This document shows, one piece after another, positions 62,301-64,000 of a stretch of 64,000 nt of DNA. Position numbers and translations under genes: made by a program. This DNA is from Camelus dromedarius (Eukaryota), in contig NC_087445.1 in the NCBI RefSeq assembly GCF_036321535.1, forward strand, positions 72,168,001-72,232,000, given 5' to 3'. How positions within the stretch are numbered: the stretch's first letter is position 1; the number at the start of each line of letters is the position of its first letter. The notes under the pieces are model-generated. The model was not told the DNA's origin and did not search any database. It saw only the letters and a list, made by a program, of their open reading frames with translations.

Positions 62301-63469
62301 AGCTGGCCGGGCCCCAGCCTCCTAAGGACAGAGGCAGAGCCTCAGAGGAGGACAGCTCCACATCTGGGCTCCTGGGAGAAGAGGGCATGGCCGAGAGGGA
62401 GAGGGTGGTCCTTTGGGGTGGGGTGGGCATTGGGTGGGACCCTTGGAGATGGGTGGGGCATGGGCAGATTCCTGGAGCAGAGGCCTAGATATGGTAGATC
62501 TAAGTGGAATTGTGACTCCAAGTGGGATTTGGGGGTCTCAGTCTCCCCTCAAATAGGGAAGATGGCAGGGGAGCAGATGGGGGCAAGACTGTGCTCAGCC
62601 TTGGGTCCTCTTGGAACCAGGCCCAGGCTTGGAGCCTGAGTGGGAGTTAGCCTGCTGGGGCTCCTGACCCCCATCTGCGAGCTCCACCAGGACCAGGAGC
62701 GAGGTGTGGGCTCTTCCTCTGGCCAAGACCCACAAAGCAGGACAGGGGCCCAGAGAGCCCCCAACCCGGGAGACGTGAAGCTAGCGACTGGTAAGAGCTC
62801 CATCCATGCCTCCCCTCTGCCATGGGCCCCCTGCTCCCATCCTGCTTGGCTGTCAGCTGTGAAGACCCCCAACCCTGGGGTGCTGTCTGGGTTCTGGGGT
62901 ATCTCTAGGCTTCCCCCACCCATTGGCAGAGAAGCGGCACCTGAGACCTCGCATTAGGCTGGGCGGGGAAGGCAGAGAGTTAATGGTGGTGTGGCCAGAG
63001 CCACCTGCCTGGGTTCCACAGGCCAGACATCCCTGACTTCTCTCTGACTTAGGGGGCTCCTTTAGCCCACCTTCCTAACCTCCAGGAAGAGGGGGTTGGC
63101 CCTCACCTTAGGTGTGCCAATCTCAGTGCCCCTCTCTCTGATGAAGGTCACTCTACAAAACCTTTACCAGTAGGCAGGCCATGGAGCTGAAGCTCCCAGC
63201 AGGAAGAAGGTGCTGGGGAAGGGGACAATTCTTCCAGGGTCTCTGTTTCTGGAAGCCAGAGTGGAGCCTGAGGCTCTGGCGCCACCACCTGGCTATGGCC
63301 AGAACTACAATGGCTGAGGGATGAGAGTGAAGATGTTGTAGGGGGAGAAACCGATGTTGTAGGTATTGGTCCAGGGTGTTCTGGTTCCTATTCACCCAGA
63401 TGGACCCAAATCATCATTTTTTTCTATATATTCTACATTACCCCAGGAATGAGGACTTAGGCCCCATAG

Positions 63470-63640
63470 AATAGCAGCTTCAAACTTTAGCTGGCATCAA
63501 AATCGCCTGAAAGACTTGGTCTGACCTCCACTCCCAGAGTTTCTGATTCAGTAGGTATGGGGAGGAAATTTGCATTATTAACAATTTCAAGTCTGATGCT
63601 GGCTGGTCCAGGGACCATGCTTTGAGAACTACTGCTTTAG
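63470..63640. mobile_element. MER5A DNA transposon
   Basis: cttcaaactttagctggcatcaaaatc...cccagagtttctgattcagtaggt...aatttgcatt...ccagggaccatgctttgagaactactg. Confidence 0.85.
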
Positions 63641-64000
63641 AATTTCTCTGAGTTTGGCCCAAGAGTACCTTTGCAGAGTATGTCTTATCATATTTTGGGG
63701 CAAAAAAGAGTGTAAGTAGGAGTTCAGGTGCTTGATCAGCTCACCGTAGTCAGTGACCTCATCACATTTCTACTGAGAGCCCACCCTATGTCCGGCTGAC
63801 CTTGTTCTAGGGCTGGGGATTAAATGCTGAAGGAGGCGGAGGGGTCCCTGCCTCAGAACTCACAGCCAAGCAGGTCTGGTCTGTGATCTTTCCACCTGGA
63901 AATGTAAAAGGCAGCTCAAAATAAGATCCAGTGCAGAAGCCAATTTCACCTTCTACTGCTCCTTTTCAGGTCTTCCCCATTCAGTACCTAATCCATCATC

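Noticed and set aside
52000-64000. CERCAM coding exons expected from synteny
   Set aside because: No recognisable CERCAM sequence; the gene probably begins beyond the window.

Overview
Mammalian genomic DNA, probably camelid (alpaca/camel-like, inferred from a young tRNA-derived SINE at 6482-6616). It is syntenic with the human 9q34.11 block. Gene order: TRUB2 exon 1 (-), a ~470-bp bidirectional CpG promoter, COQ4 (+, 7 exons, 265 aa), an intron-containing tRNA-Arg(TCT) (-), SLC27A4/FATP4 (+, 1 non-coding and 12 coding exons, 643 aa), URM1 (+, 5 exons, 101 aa), the overlapping MIR219A2 (-)/MIR219B (+) hairpin in a CpG island, then ~12 kb of repeat-rich intergenic DNA. All three complete CDSs were reassembled by hand and have consistent exon phases and intact frames. 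Seven N-gaps lie mostly in GC-rich spots. Most short ORFs in the supplied track are chance ORFs: many use GTG/TTG/CTG starts or read through N-gaps. I cannot establish a wholly new system from sequence alone. The best second-look candidates are regulatory: (i) spliced out-of-frame overlapping ORFs in COQ4 (132 aa, tied to a GC-AG intron frame switch) and SLC27A4 (79 aa); (ii) a recursive-splice-type exon 10 in SLC27A4; (iii) a possible convergent URM1/miR-219a/miR-219b circuit involving a distal polyA, a seed site and a sense/antisense hairpin. Comparisons with human are from memory and need checking. Repeat boundaries and subfamily names are approximate.
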